Assembly (NCBI GenBank): GCA_022014155.1 | Contig: JAKLLS010000003.1 | Location: 5-64,004, forward strand | Source of the DNA: Marinobacter sp. | GTDB lineage: Bacteria > Pseudomonadota > Gammaproteobacteria > Pseudomonadales > Oleiphilaceae | Direction of reading: 5' to 3' | DNA length: 64,000 nucleotides | In this document: in pieces, positions 20,333 through 30,969 of the stretch | How the letters are laid out: each line of letters begins with the position of its first letter | How positions within the stretch are numbered: position 1 is the first letter of the stretch | Position numbers and translations under genes: made by a program | The notes under the pieces: model-generated | What the model saw: the letters and a program-made list of their open reading frames with translations, nothing else | Told to the model about the DNA's origin: nothing | Database searches by the model: none

Positions 20333-21547
20333 CTACTGCTGATACGTGGAGAGAAAGTGCGCCAGGCGCTTCATGGAATCCTCCAGGGTATCAACCCGTG
20401 GCAGGAAAACCACTCGCAAGTGCTGTTTGTCATCAATGTTGAAAGCGGAACCCTGTACCAGCAGGATCCGTTCCTGCAACAGCAGGTCAAGCACCAGCTT
20501 CTCATCATTCATGATCGGGAAGCGCTTGGGGTCCAGTTTCGGGAACAGGTAGAGCGCACCTTTAGGTTTCACGCAGCTGACGCCTGGAATGTCATTGAGC
20601 AGCTGCCAGGCGGTTTCGCGCTGCTCATACAGACGTCCGCCCGGAGCCACCAGGTCATTGATGGACTGATAACCACCGAGAGCCGTCTGAATGGCGAGCT
20701 GGGCCGGCACGTTGGCGCACAGCCGCATGTTGGACAGCATCTCGATGCCTTCGACGAGATCCCGGGCACGATGCTTGGCGCCACTGACGATCATCCAGCC
20801 TGAGCGATAACCGGCGGCCCGGTAATTTTTTGACAGGCCGTTATAGGTGAAGAAGAGGACGTCATCGGCCAGCGAAGCCGTGGACACGTGCTCCGTCCCG
20901 TCGTAAAGGATCTTGTCGTAGATCTCATCGGAAAGAATGATGAGGTTATGCTGGCGGGCCAGTTCAATGACTTGTTCCAGCAGCTCGCGGGAATACACCG
21001 CTCCCGTCGGGTTGTTGGGATTGATCAGGACGATGGCGCGGGTCCGGGTGGTGATTTTCTTCCGAATATCATCGATATCCGGGAACCAATCCTGCTTCTC
21101 GTCGCAGTGATAGTGCACGGGCTTGCCGCTGGAGAGCGTGACTGCGGCTGTCCAGAGCGGGTAATCCGGCGCGGGAATCAGCACTTCGTCTCCGGTGTTC
21201 AGCATGGCCTGCATTGACATGACGATCAGTTCGCTGACGCCATTGCCCAGGAAAATATCGTCAATATCGACTTTATCGATGCCTCGTTGCTGGCAGTAGT
21301 GCATAACTGCCTTGCGGGCGGAGAACAGTCCTTTGGATTCTACGTAACCTTGGGCCAGTGGCATGTTGTAGATGACGTCCTGCTGGATCTCCTCGGGGAT
21401 GTCGAGTTCAAAGGCGGCTGGATTACCAATGTTCAGTTTCAGAACCCGATGCCCCTCTTCTTCAAGGCGACGCGCCTCGCGCAGAACCACGCCACGTATT
21501 TCATAACACACGTTATCCAGCTTGGCGGACTTATAGTAATTCTGCAT
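20333..21547 (-). CDS. alaA: PLP-dependent alanine/glutamate-pyruvate aminotransferase
   Basis: KSAKLDNVCYEIRG, LNIGNPA, INPNNPTG, SDEIYDK, GLSKNYRAAGYRSGW. Confidence 0.92.
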   Translation of the reverse strand: MQNYYKSAKLDNVCYEIRGVVLREARRLEEEGHRVLKLNIGNPAAFELDIPEEIQQDVIYNMPLAQGYVESKGLFSARKAVMHYCQQRGIDKVDIDDIFLGNGVSELIVMSMQAMLNTGDEVLIPAPDYPLWTAAVTLSSGKPVHYHCDEKQDWFPDIDDIRKKITTRTRAIVLINPNNPTGAVYSRELLEQVIELARQHNLIILSDEIYDKILYDGTEHVSTASLADDVLFFTYNGLSKNYRAAGYRSGWMIVSGAKHRARDLVEGIEMLSNMRLCANVPAQLAIQTALGGYQSINDLVAPGGRLYEQRETAWQLLNDIPGVSCVKPKGALYLFPKLDPKRFPIMNDEKLVLDLLLQERILLVQGSAFNIDDKQHLRVVFLPRVDTLEDSMKRLAHFLSTYQQ

Positions 21548-21741
21548 AGGACCCGGGCTTCCTTAACCTTGTATCAGTGATCAGTAAATCAAAATGACAA
21601 GCCTGTATTCTAGCGGAGCATGGCCGCCCGGCAACAGGCCAATTGTGATGAATTGTGGCTTAATCATGGAGATTTATGGCGACAAGTTCATCCCGTCTGT
21701 AGTTTTGGTCGGCAAACGAGACAATGCTTGCTGGATATTGT

Positions 21742-21768
21742 ATTGTGCGCAACATAATTGAGCGAAAT
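21742..21768. promoter_or_regulatory. Putative OhrR/OspR operator upstream of gpx-marR
   Basis: Tandem imperfect palindromes ATTGTGCGCAAC (21742-21753) and ATTGAGCGAAAT (21757-21768) just before the RBS. Confidence 0.5.
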
Positions 21769-21782
21769 ATAAGGGGAGAGAG

Positions 21783-22265
21783 ATGGCCGACAGCATTTAC
21801 GATTTCAAGGTTCATGATATCAAGGGCAATGAGCACGACATGGCAGAGTACAAGGGCAAGGTTTTGCTTATTGTGAATACGGCCAGCAAGTGCGGGTTCA
21901 CGCCCCAGTTTGAGGGCCTCCAGGGTCTGTATAGTGAGTTGGGTGAAAAAGGACTGGCGGTACTGGGCTTTCCATGTAATCAGTTCATGAATCAGGACCC
22001 GGCGGATGAAGACACGATCAGCCAGTTCTGCAGTCTGAATTATGGCGTTGATTTCCCCATGTTTGCCAAGATCGACGTCAACGGCTCAGAGGCTCACCCG
22101 CTTTATCGTTTCCTCAAGAAGGAGGCCACCGGTGTGATGGGGTCAGAAAAGGTAAAGTGGAACTTTACCAAATTCCTGGTTAACCGGGAGGGCAAGGTGA
22201 TTCGCCGATACCCACCCACCACCAAGCCCGAAGCGATCCGTGCCGATATTGAGAAGTTGCTCTGA
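21783..22265 (+). CDS. gpx: Glutathione peroxidase (Cys-type)
   Basis: IVNTASKCGFTPQ, LGFPCNQF, KWNFTKFLV. Confidence 0.95.
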   Translation: MADSIYDFKVHDIKGNEHDMAEYKGKVLLIVNTASKCGFTPQFEGLQGLYSELGEKGLAVLGFPCNQFMNQDPADEDTISQFCSLNYGVDFPMFAKIDVNGSEAHPLYRFLKKEATGVMGSEKVKWNFTKFLVNREGKVIRRYPPTTKPEAIRADIEKLL

Positions 22266-22268
22266 GCG

Positions 22269-22739
22269 ATGGACAGCACGGACGATATCCTTGGCCTGGA
22301 TAACCAGCTTTGCTTTGCACTGTATGCTGCGAACCGGGCGGTAACGGCTCGCTACAGGCCTCTGCTGACTGAGCTGGGATTGACCTACCCGCAGTACCTG
22401 GTGATGTTGGTGTTATGGGAGGCAGCGGCTGCCGGCGAGGCTGTACGTGTGTCCGGTCTGGGGGAGCGCCTCAGGCTCGATTCGGGCACACTCACCCCGC
22501 TGTTAAAGCGCCTTGAAGAGCGGGGACTGGTCCGTCGTCAACGAAGTGTCGAGGATGAGCGAGTAGTGACTGTTGCCGTTACGGCTGCCGGTCTTGCGAT
22601 GCGAGAGCAGGCGAGGTCGATTCCTGGCCGTCTTTTGTGCAGTACCGGTGTGGACAGTGAGCGCCTGATGGCGCTCCGGGATGAGCTCAGGTCGGTTCTT
22701 GCCCAGTTAGAGAGTCATCAGGCGCCCAACGATCGATAG
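22269..22739 (+). CDS. ohrR: OhrR/OspR-type MarR regulator
   Basis: [10 protein letters not shown] with the redox Cys, [31 protein letters not shown]. Confidence 0.85.
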   Translation: MDSTDDILGLDNQLCFALYAANRAVTARYRPLLTELGLTYPQYLVMLVLWEAAAAGEAVRVSGLGERLRLDSGTLTPLLKRLEERGLVRRQRSVEDERVVTVAVTAAGLAMREQARSIPGRLLCSTGVDSERLMALRDELRSVLAQLESHQAPNDR

Positions 22740-24687
22740 CGGTTTTCAGGTCGTTACGGTTATAGGGCTTGGTGATGTAGTCATTCATGCCGGAGGCCAG
22801 GCAGTTCTCCCGGTCGCCCTGCATGACATTAGCGGTTACCGCGATCACTGGTAATGTTTGCCACTTTGGATTCTCCCGAATTATCCGGGTTGCCTCGTAA
22901 CCATCCATGACCGGCATCTGGCAGTCCATCAACACAATGTCGTAGTGCTTTTCATTGAGGGCTTCCAGCGCCAGTTTGCCATTGTTGGCAAGGTCCACGG
23001 AGTGGCCCAGTTTTTTCAGCAGGCTGCTGGCCACCAGCTGATTAACCTGATTATCTTCCACTAAAAGAACGTTCAGGCTTGCAACCGGTGTGGTCGTGTC
23101 GACGGTGGGTGCGGGCTCTGCCGGCTGTTGAGCACTTTGTGCGTAGACCGGGAGGGGAAGCGTGACGGTGAAGTGAGTGCCCTGGCCAATTTCCGAGTCG
23201 ACCAGTATCTGGCCGTGCATCTGTTCCACCAGTTGGCGGCACAGCGCCAATCCGAGCCCGGTTCCGCCATACAGGCGCGTGGTGTCGGTATCCGCTTGTG
23301 AGAAGGGGGAGAAAATCCGGTGCAGACCTTCTTTTGACATACCGATGCCGGTGTCCATCACATCAATTCGAAGATTGCCGCCGAAGCGAGCCGCATGGAT
23401 CCGGACACTGCCTTCCTCGGTAAACTTGATGGCATTGCTCAGTAGGTTGTTGAGCACCTGACGGGTACGGGTCGGATCACCCAGGAACATGTCCGGCAGT
23501 TCCGGATCAATGTCCATATGTAGCTCAATTTTCTTGGTGTTAGCCTGTTGGGCGTGAAGGGCGGCACATTCCTGGATCAGGTTTTTAACACTGAACGGAA
23601 TATTCTCCAGGCTCAGTTTTCCGGCCTCGACCTTGGAAATGTCGAGAATATCATTCAACAGCCCAAGCAGACTCTGCCCTGCGGTAAAGGCGATCTCCAG
23701 GCGATTGCGTTGCTCCGGATCGAGGTTGTCTTCCAGCGCAAGGCCCAGCATCCCCAGCACGCCATTGAGTGGCGTACGTATCTCATGACTCATACTGGCC
23801 AGAAAATTGGCTCGTGATCTCGCCCGGCGAACGGCATCTTCTTTGGCCTTGACCAGAGCCCTGTTGCCTCGCTGAAGTGCGGCGTTTTTCTGGGATATCT
23901 CCCGTGTACGGTCATCGACTTCCTGTTCCAGCTGTGTGGAATAGTTTTTCATGGAGCTTTCAGCCTGACGAAGCTGTGCCAGGGTGGTGTCAATGGTGCT
24001 CAGGTGCTGATTGATGATGCCGACCATGGCGCCAATTTCATCTTCCTGGTGATTGACCGGGATTGGCAGGCGTACCTTTTCCGGTGATTCGACCTGCACG
24101 CGACTGAGTGCATTGATAACGTTCATCATCGGGCGAGTGAGGATGAAATAGAAAATGCCCAAAAGTGCACACGAGAGGATCAAGCTCTTGAAGAAACCGC
24201 TTACCAGCGTATAGGTGGCTCGCTGGAGGAACAGTAACCCGTAATGGTAGGTGTCTATGGTGACGTTCAGAGTACCTAACGGAAGATCTTCCAGTTGCTT
24301 GACTTTCAGCTGGTCGCTGAAGGTACGGTTTGCTCCGAACAGGGCATCGCTGATCCACCGATAGGGGGATGTAGGGCTGCTTTCACTGGCAGCGGCCATG
24401 GTATGGCCATCATTGTCAACAATCCTGGCATCAATGGTGGCCGGGTGCCGAAGCAAGCCATCGAGCAGCTCTTCTGCCAGCCGGACGTCGATGTTGTAGG
24501 CGATCTGTGACGCAGGGCTGTGGCTGATTTCGATAAGCGCACGCACTTCCTTTTCCATGGACTCGCGGGCACCGAAAAAGTCCAGGGTTACCTGAACCAT
24601 ATTCAGAACTAGTCCAAGGGCCATGGCCAGCAGTACTGTGTCGCGGGTCAGGCGAAAGGAAAGGCGTTTTCGGAATAGCCTGGTCAC
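22687..24687 (-). CDS. Hybrid sensor histidine kinase/receiver, SagS-like
   Basis: Two TM helices, HAMP-like DEIG, FLASMSHEIRTPLNG, NLLSNAIKFT, DTGIG, GGTGLGL, receiver LLVEDN..LMDCQMP..KP; synteny with ospR-gpx as for P. aeruginosa sagS. Confidence 0.88.
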   Translation of the reverse strand: MTRLFRKRLSFRLTRDTVLLAMALGLVLNMVQVTLDFFGARESMEKEVRALIEISHSPASQIAYNIDVRLAEELLDGLLRHPATIDARIVDNDGHTMAAASESSPTSPYRWISDALFGANRTFSDQLKVKQLEDLPLGTLNVTIDTYHYGLLFLQRATYTLVSGFFKSLILSCALLGIFYFILTRPMMNVINALSRVQVESPEKVRLPIPVNHQEDEIGAMVGIINQHLSTIDTTLAQLRQAESSMKNYSTQLEQEVDDRTREISQKNAALQRGNRALVKAKEDAVRRARSRANFLASMSHEIRTPLNGVLGMLGLALEDNLDPEQRNRLEIAFTAGQSLLGLLNDILDISKVEAGKLSLENIPFSVKNLIQECAALHAQQANTKKIELHMDIDPELPDMFLGDPTRTRQVLNNLLSNAIKFTEEGSVRIHAARFGGNLRIDVMDTGIGMSKEGLHRIFSPFSQADTDTTRLYGGTGLGLALCRQLVEQMHGQILVDSEIGQGTHFTVTLPLPVYAQSAQQPAEPAPTVDTTTPVASLNVLLVEDNQVNQLVASSLLKKLGHSVDLANNGKLALEALNEKHYDIVLMDCQMPVMDGYEATRIIRENPKWQTLPVIAVTANVMQGDRENCLASGMNDYITKPYNRNDLKTAIDRWAPDDSLTGQEPT

Positions 24688-24743
24688 CAGTGGTCACAAT
24701 CCTTGTCAGGAGGGCTTGTCAGAACAGGCTGACAAGCATCGGG

Positions 24744-25520
24744 TTAATCATCATAATCCGCTTTTTTCTTCCATTCATCATCGTGGAGAAACGTATCCCA
24801 CTCTTTGTCCAGTTTCGACTGCCCCTCCTGCGAACTGGAGCGTGTGTCGCTTTCTGGCCCCATGGCTTCCAGTTCCTTGATGCGGGTGCGGAAACTTTTT
24901 ACGGCTTTCATCGCTAACGGGTTATCCCGGGATTTGCCCATTTCCGTACTGGCAAGGTGGTAGGCGTGGATAGCTTTTCGAATCTCATTCTGTCGCACAT
25001 AGTCCCTTGCCTGAAACACATGGAGGTCAGCGTGGGTCTTGTGGACCAGGAAAAGCACGTATTTCAGGTTTTTCTTGGCAGTTGAATTGTCGAGTTTTCC
25101 GGCCTTGTGCATGCCTTCAATCATTTTGAACAGGCTTTGCAGCAACTCTTTGACATAATTGGATTTTTCCGGAGAGTCGATTTTCACTGGCGACCGGTTG
25201 TCATTGTTCTCCAGCACTGAGCTTTTCAGTTGCCGAGTCTCTTCCAGCCACTGTTTAACCGGGAGGGGGGATTTCAGGGCGCTCAGTTGCTGACAGGCTT
25301 CTTCCATGCTTTTGATCAGCAGAAGCTTGAGTTCCGACGTGAGGTATTGGCCAGGGATTTCATCGAGCAGCCGTTGAGCGCGTTTGTACTGATCTTCCTG
25401 GGACGTCATTCGCCGTGCCCGTTCAATACGGGCACGCTCTCGCATCTGGCTGCCGACGATAAGGAGAATAGAGACGGTAACGATGGCGGCAAGTATCAGG
25501 ACAATCGTAGTGGTGTTCAT
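24744..25520 (-). CDS. Hypothetical membrane-anchored helical protein
   Basis: 258-aa ORF with an N-terminal TM helix and a C-terminal WDTFLHDDEWKKKADYDD; GGAG RBS upstream. Confidence 0.75.
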   Translation of the reverse strand: MNTTTIVLILAAIVTVSILLIVGSQMRERARIERARRMTSQEDQYKRAQRLLDEIPGQYLTSELKLLLIKSMEEACQQLSALKSPLPVKQWLEETRQLKSSVLENNDNRSPVKIDSPEKSNYVKELLQSLFKMIEGMHKAGKLDNSTAKKNLKYVLFLVHKTHADLHVFQARDYVRQNEIRKAIHAYHLASTEMGKSRDNPLAMKAVKSFRTRIKELEAMGPESDTRSSSQEGQSKLDKEWDTFLHDDEWKKKADYDD

Positions 25521-25752
25521 GTTGGCTGCAACGACTCCGGTTTCGGGCCAGGGGGCGGTGTATTCTGGCCATAAAAATCACAATGATTCAGCAAGTACCC
25601 GAAAGACTAGCAGAAAACCTGCATTGATTCCGTTTTGAAATGTGAATGTGCGCTCTATTCTATTTATTTCGTGAATCCTATGAATGATGTACATTGTCGG
25701 TATGAATGTTTGCGGCGCCGTGCCAATGGTATCGCCCTATCAGGAGTGTTGA

Positions 25753-26763
25753 ATGGATATTTCCCGGGTCGACCTGAACCTTCTTGTGTATCTCGATGTA
25801 CTCCTCAGGGAGCGGAATGTGACGAAAGCCGCTAACCACCTGGGGATTACGCAGCCGGCCATGAGCAACGGCCTGCGTCGATTGCGGGACGTGTTCGGAG
25901 ATCCTCTGCTGGTGCGCACCAGTGAAGGCATGACGGCTACCGAACGTGCCCGGGAGTTGCAGCCTCTGGTGCGCGGCATTCTCTCTGATATCGAGCAGGC
26001 GGTGCAGGAGAAAACGCCGTTCTCGGCGATGGACAGTCAGCGGGTGTTCCGCATCATGGCCAGTGATTACGCAGAGTCCTGCCTGATGCCGCGGGTGTTG
26101 CGACGCATTCGTCAGGAAGCGCCCCATGTGACCCTGGATGTGCTGACCCCCAGTGATGTCAGTTTTCTGGATGTCGAGCAGGGTCGCCTGGATATGGCCA
26201 TTAATCGTTTTGACAAGATTCCGCAGTCGTTCCACCAGAAAACCCTCTGGATCGAATATTTTGCCTGCCTGATGAACGCCCGGAATCCAATTCTCAGGGA
26301 GCCTTTCACCCTGGATACCTATCTGGATGCCAGTCATATCTGGGTGAGCAAAACCGGTTTCGGGGTAGGTGTTGGCGTCAATCCCAAGGACGTCCAGAGA
26401 TTGGGCTGGGTGGATGAAGCCTTATCGAGGATGGGGCGTAAGCGGCAGATTTCTGTTTTTACTCGGCATTATCAGGTCGCTATGTTGTTGGCGGAGCAGC
26501 ACGATCTTGTCGCTACGCTGCCAACGCGAGCGGCCTGGTTGCAGAAGGATAATCCCAACCTGGTGGTCAAGGTGCCACCGTTCGAGATTCCGCCGTTTGA
26601 GTTGAAGATGGCGTGGAGCCCGTTGTTACAGCACAACGCAGACCATCAATGGTTGAGAAAGCTGATCGCCGAAGTGGCGGAGGAAGTGGATGCGGAATTT
26701 GCACCGTTTGGTGCACAGTTCGAGTCTGCGGAGATTCCACAGGTATACCATTCAGAGCGGTAG
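25753..26763 (+). CDS. LysR-family transcriptional regulator
   Basis: VDLNLLVYLDVLLRERNVTKAANHLGITQPAMSNGLRRLR HTH; AGGAG RBS. Confidence 0.93.
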   Translation: MDISRVDLNLLVYLDVLLRERNVTKAANHLGITQPAMSNGLRRLRDVFGDPLLVRTSEGMTATERARELQPLVRGILSDIEQAVQEKTPFSAMDSQRVFRIMASDYAESCLMPRVLRRIRQEAPHVTLDVLTPSDVSFLDVEQGRLDMAINRFDKIPQSFHQKTLWIEYFACLMNARNPILREPFTLDTYLDASHIWVSKTGFGVGVGVNPKDVQRLGWVDEALSRMGRKRQISVFTRHYQVAMLLAEQHDLVATLPTRAAWLQKDNPNLVVKVPPFEIPPFELKMAWSPLLQHNADHQWLRKLIAEVAEEVDAEFAPFGAQFESAEIPQVYHSER

Positions 26764-27714
26764 TTCCCTCAACTCCAGAGAGCTGCGACTGACATCCCAC
26801 ATACGTTGGAAAGCCTCCCCGAGCAGCTTGCCCCTTCCGCCATCGGCGAAGTTGGCAAAGCCTTCGGGGTTGTTGAAGCTGTGGCGGTATACAACCCCTT
26901 CCCGGTCGGCCAGCAGGAACGGTTGGTCTTCGACAGGATAGTCATTATTAACCAATCGCAGTTCTATTCGGCTCGGTAAGCGCCTCATCAATTCCACGAT
27001 TTGGTGCCGCCGTTTGACCAGTGGTTTGTCGTCGTGGATCAGCAGACGGACTTCACTGAGACGGTGGCGGCGGGCAAGGGCGGACAACAGTTCGCGAAAT
27101 TGATGACGGTCGTAGAGATCGTGCTCCAGCTGTCGATCGTACAGCCAGAGCCGCTGTGTGGCCTGGCCGGTGATGGAATCCAACAGGCTGATCAAGTTGG
27201 TGTCGGATTCGAACAGCCAGCTTTCCCGGTCCTTGCCCAGAATCATTGGATATTCCCGGTGGGCCACCGGTGTCACCAGCGCCGGTGACAGGCAGCGCAT
27301 ATCCACGTGTGGAATGCCGGCATCGTCATAGAAATCGGAGTACACATGAAAACCAGAGCGCTGGTAAAAGGGAATGGCATGCTCCTGGGCGGATAGTTTC
27401 AGTTCTCCAAACCGGGAAGCCTCGGTGATCAGGTGGTGCAACAGTGCCTTGCCCACGCCCTTGCCTCGAAATTCCGGCAATACGGCCATGCGGCCTATAT
27501 GGGCCGTTTCTTCGAGAGTGGAAAAGAGTCGGGCAACGCCGGCGGGTTCGTTGTCTTCGGTTATTGCCAGGTAGTGATCTGCAATATCGTCGGTGTCATC
27601 CCACTCCAGCTCGGGAGGGACGTTCTGTTCTTCAATAAATACGCGCTGCCGTATGTCGCGGATGGACCCTGGCGCCAATTGCCAGCTATATTTGCGGATT
27701 CGAATTCTGGTCAT
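26752..27714 (-). CDS. GNAT acetyltransferase (ElaA/YjcF-like) fused to a C-terminal domain of unknown function
   Basis: IRQRVFIEEQNVP, IGRMAVLPEFRGKGVG, FYQRSGF, DAGIPH, followed by about 170 extra residues. Confidence 0.85.
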   Translation of the reverse strand: MTRIRIRKYSWQLAPGSIRDIRQRVFIEEQNVPPELEWDDTDDIADHYLAITEDNEPAGVARLFSTLEETAHIGRMAVLPEFRGKGVGKALLHHLITEASRFGELKLSAQEHAIPFYQRSGFHVYSDFYDDAGIPHVDMRCLSPALVTPVAHREYPMILGKDRESWLFESDTNLISLLDSITGQATQRLWLYDRQLEHDLYDRHQFRELLSALARRHRLSEVRLLIHDDKPLVKRRHQIVELMRRLPSRIELRLVNNDYPVEDQPFLLADREGVVYRHSFNNPEGFANFADGGRGKLLGEAFQRMWDVSRSSLELRELPL

Positions 27715-28862
27715 TCGAAATAAACGGATCCCTGGTTGTACAAGTTGCTGAGCAGGCCGCAGATGGCTTCGTCATCGACCTGGGCCATCAATGCCTCCAT
27801 ATCGATACGGGCACCGGCACAAAGCAGCGGAGCCAACGGGCTGGCGTCGCCTTTCAGCAGGTATTGCTCACCGTCGACGAACAGTGCGGTCTCTTCCCCA
27901 ATATAATGATAGGCAAAACGGGAGCCTTCATTCCAGCGTAATTGCGCGCCTTCGAGCACCAGTTCCCTGAAAACCTCTGGCGCAATGGGCTCATCCGAAG
28001 GTACGACGATATCCATACTCTTGGGTGCCGTTGCATACTGGCCAAACCACAGGGAGAGTTGGCGACGGTTTGTCAGTTTCTCGCGAATAACGCTCTCGAG
28101 ACGATCAATAACCTCGGGGGCAATGGTGCCCGGGTTGCTCTGAATCTTGAGGCCGGGATCGTTTAGGTGATCGGAGGCATCGGACTGGCTACAGAGGAAA
28201 TCCGTAAAGCCGGTCAGGACGTCATCAATGGTTGGCGCGCGAAAGCCTATGGACAGGGTGATGCAGTCGTCCTCGGCAACGCCGTGATGACCAATACCCG
28301 GTGGCAGATAGAGCATATCGCCCGGAGCCAGGGTAACGGTTTCTTCACCGTCCCAGCTGCTGAGGATGCGCAGCGGGGTGCCTTCCACCCGGGGCGAGGT
28401 GTGATCGCAGTGACCACCAAAGGTCCAGCGCCGATGCCCCTGGGCCTGGAGCAGGAATACGTCGTATTGATCGTAGTGTGGGCCTACGCTGCCGCCTTTC
28501 GGCGCGTAACTGGCCATGATGTCATCCAGTCGCCAGTTGGGGACAAAGCGAAAGTGTTCCAGTAGATCAGCAACGTCCGGTACCCAGTGGTCCAGCCCCT
28601 GTACCAACAGGGTCCAGTCCTGGTCGGGCAGGGTACTGAAACGGTCGGGGCTGAATGGTCCGTTGTGCAGTTGCCAAGGGTGATCATCGCCATTCTCGAT
28701 AACGATCCGGGATTCTACGCCTTCCTCGCAGGCCAGGCCGGCCAACTCATCGGCGGACACCGGGCACTGAAATCCGGGAAATGCCTGACGGATCACCAGG
28801 GGTTTCTTTTGCCAGTAATCCCTGAGAAAGTCTGCCGCTGAGATGCCGCCAAGCATGTCCAT
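27711..28862 (-). CDS. roxA: JmjC/cupin ribosomal protein uL16 hydroxylase (RoxA/YcfD)
   Basis: FLRDYWQKKPLVIR, WRLDDIMASYA, VGPHYDQYDVFLLQ, PGDMLYLPPG..HHG, SIGFRAP. Confidence 0.88.
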   Translation of the reverse strand: MDMLGGISAADFLRDYWQKKPLVIRQAFPGFQCPVSADELAGLACEEGVESRIVIENGDDHPWQLHNGPFSPDRFSTLPDQDWTLLVQGLDHWVPDVADLLEHFRFVPNWRLDDIMASYAPKGGSVGPHYDQYDVFLLQAQGHRRWTFGGHCDHTSPRVEGTPLRILSSWDGEETVTLAPGDMLYLPPGIGHHGVAEDDCITLSIGFRAPTIDDVLTGFTDFLCSQSDASDHLNDPGLKIQSNPGTIAPEVIDRLESVIREKLTNRRQLSLWFGQYATAPKSMDIVVPSDEPIAPEVFRELVLEGAQLRWNEGSRFAYHYIGEETALFVDGEQYLLKGDASPLAPLLCAGARIDMEALMAQVDDEAICGLLSNLYNQGSVYFE

Positions 28863-28879
28863 AGTTCGGTATCCTGCTT

Positions 28880-30262
<1,383 letters not shown>

Positions 30263-30324
30263 TCATCAAAGAATGGGTCAATACTGAATTGGGGTGCCTA
30301 TGATACACCACCGCAAGTCTTGAA

Positions 30325-30969
30325 TCAGTCGTAAACCGACCGGTTAGCTTTCTCGGCAAGGTCCCGTGCAGTGGCAATCACCTTGCGCCGGGAAAAAATC
30401 AGCTGCCAGCGGCGTCCGCCACTCTGGCGCCAGAGGACGGCGGAGCGGATGCCGGCCAGGAGCAGGGCCCGTACGCGGGCTGCGTTCTCTTCCTGTTGCA
30501 GAATGGCGGGATCACCGGTCACCTGGATACGCATCCGGAAGGTGCTGATAGTGTCGCCGTAGATGGAGGCCAGGTTACCGACCAGGTTACTGTGCAGGTA
30601 TCCGAAATGGCTGGCGGTATGCCGGGCCTGATCAATACGGCTGCCAATGACGGCCATCATGTCCTTGTCGCGGTTAAGCTTTGATTCAAGGTGGATCAGG
30701 TTGAGGGTGTAGCGAAGAACCTCAATATCCCGCTGCTTGCTTTGCTGACTGAGCACATTGGCCAGGGTATTCAGCCCCTCGCGAAGGTCCTTGAGCTCGC
30801 CGCCGTAAACATCGAGAGTGGTATCCGGATTGGTCGCAAACAGGGAGCGCATGGACGTCTCGAAACTGGAGTCGGCGCATTGTCCGGTGTGAGCCACCTG
30901 CTGAACCTGGGCGGCGGCCTGGAATACACCCGCCAGCGCCAGGGTCTGGTCGTACAGCGATCGGCTCAT
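30325..30969 (-). CDS. hflD: High frequency lysogenization protein HflD
   Basis: [41 protein letters not shown]; mnmA-hflD-purB order. Confidence 0.93.
   Translation of the reverse strand: MSRSLYDQTLALAGVFQAAAQVQQVAHTGQCADSSFETSMRSLFATNPDTTLDVYGGELKDLREGLNTLANVLSQQSKQRDIEVLRYTLNLIHLESKLNRDKDMMAVIGSRIDQARHTASHFGYLHSNLVGNLASIYGDTISTFRMRIQVTGDPAILQQEENAARVRALLLAGIRSAVLWRQSGGRRWQLIFSRRKVIATARDLAEKANRSVYD

Noticed and set aside
21783-22265. Possible selenocysteine glutathione peroxidase
   Set aside because: The active site is Cys (TGC) and there is no in-frame TGA
30325-30969. hflD as a sign of a prophage
   Set aside because: Core host gene in its usual mnmA-purB context
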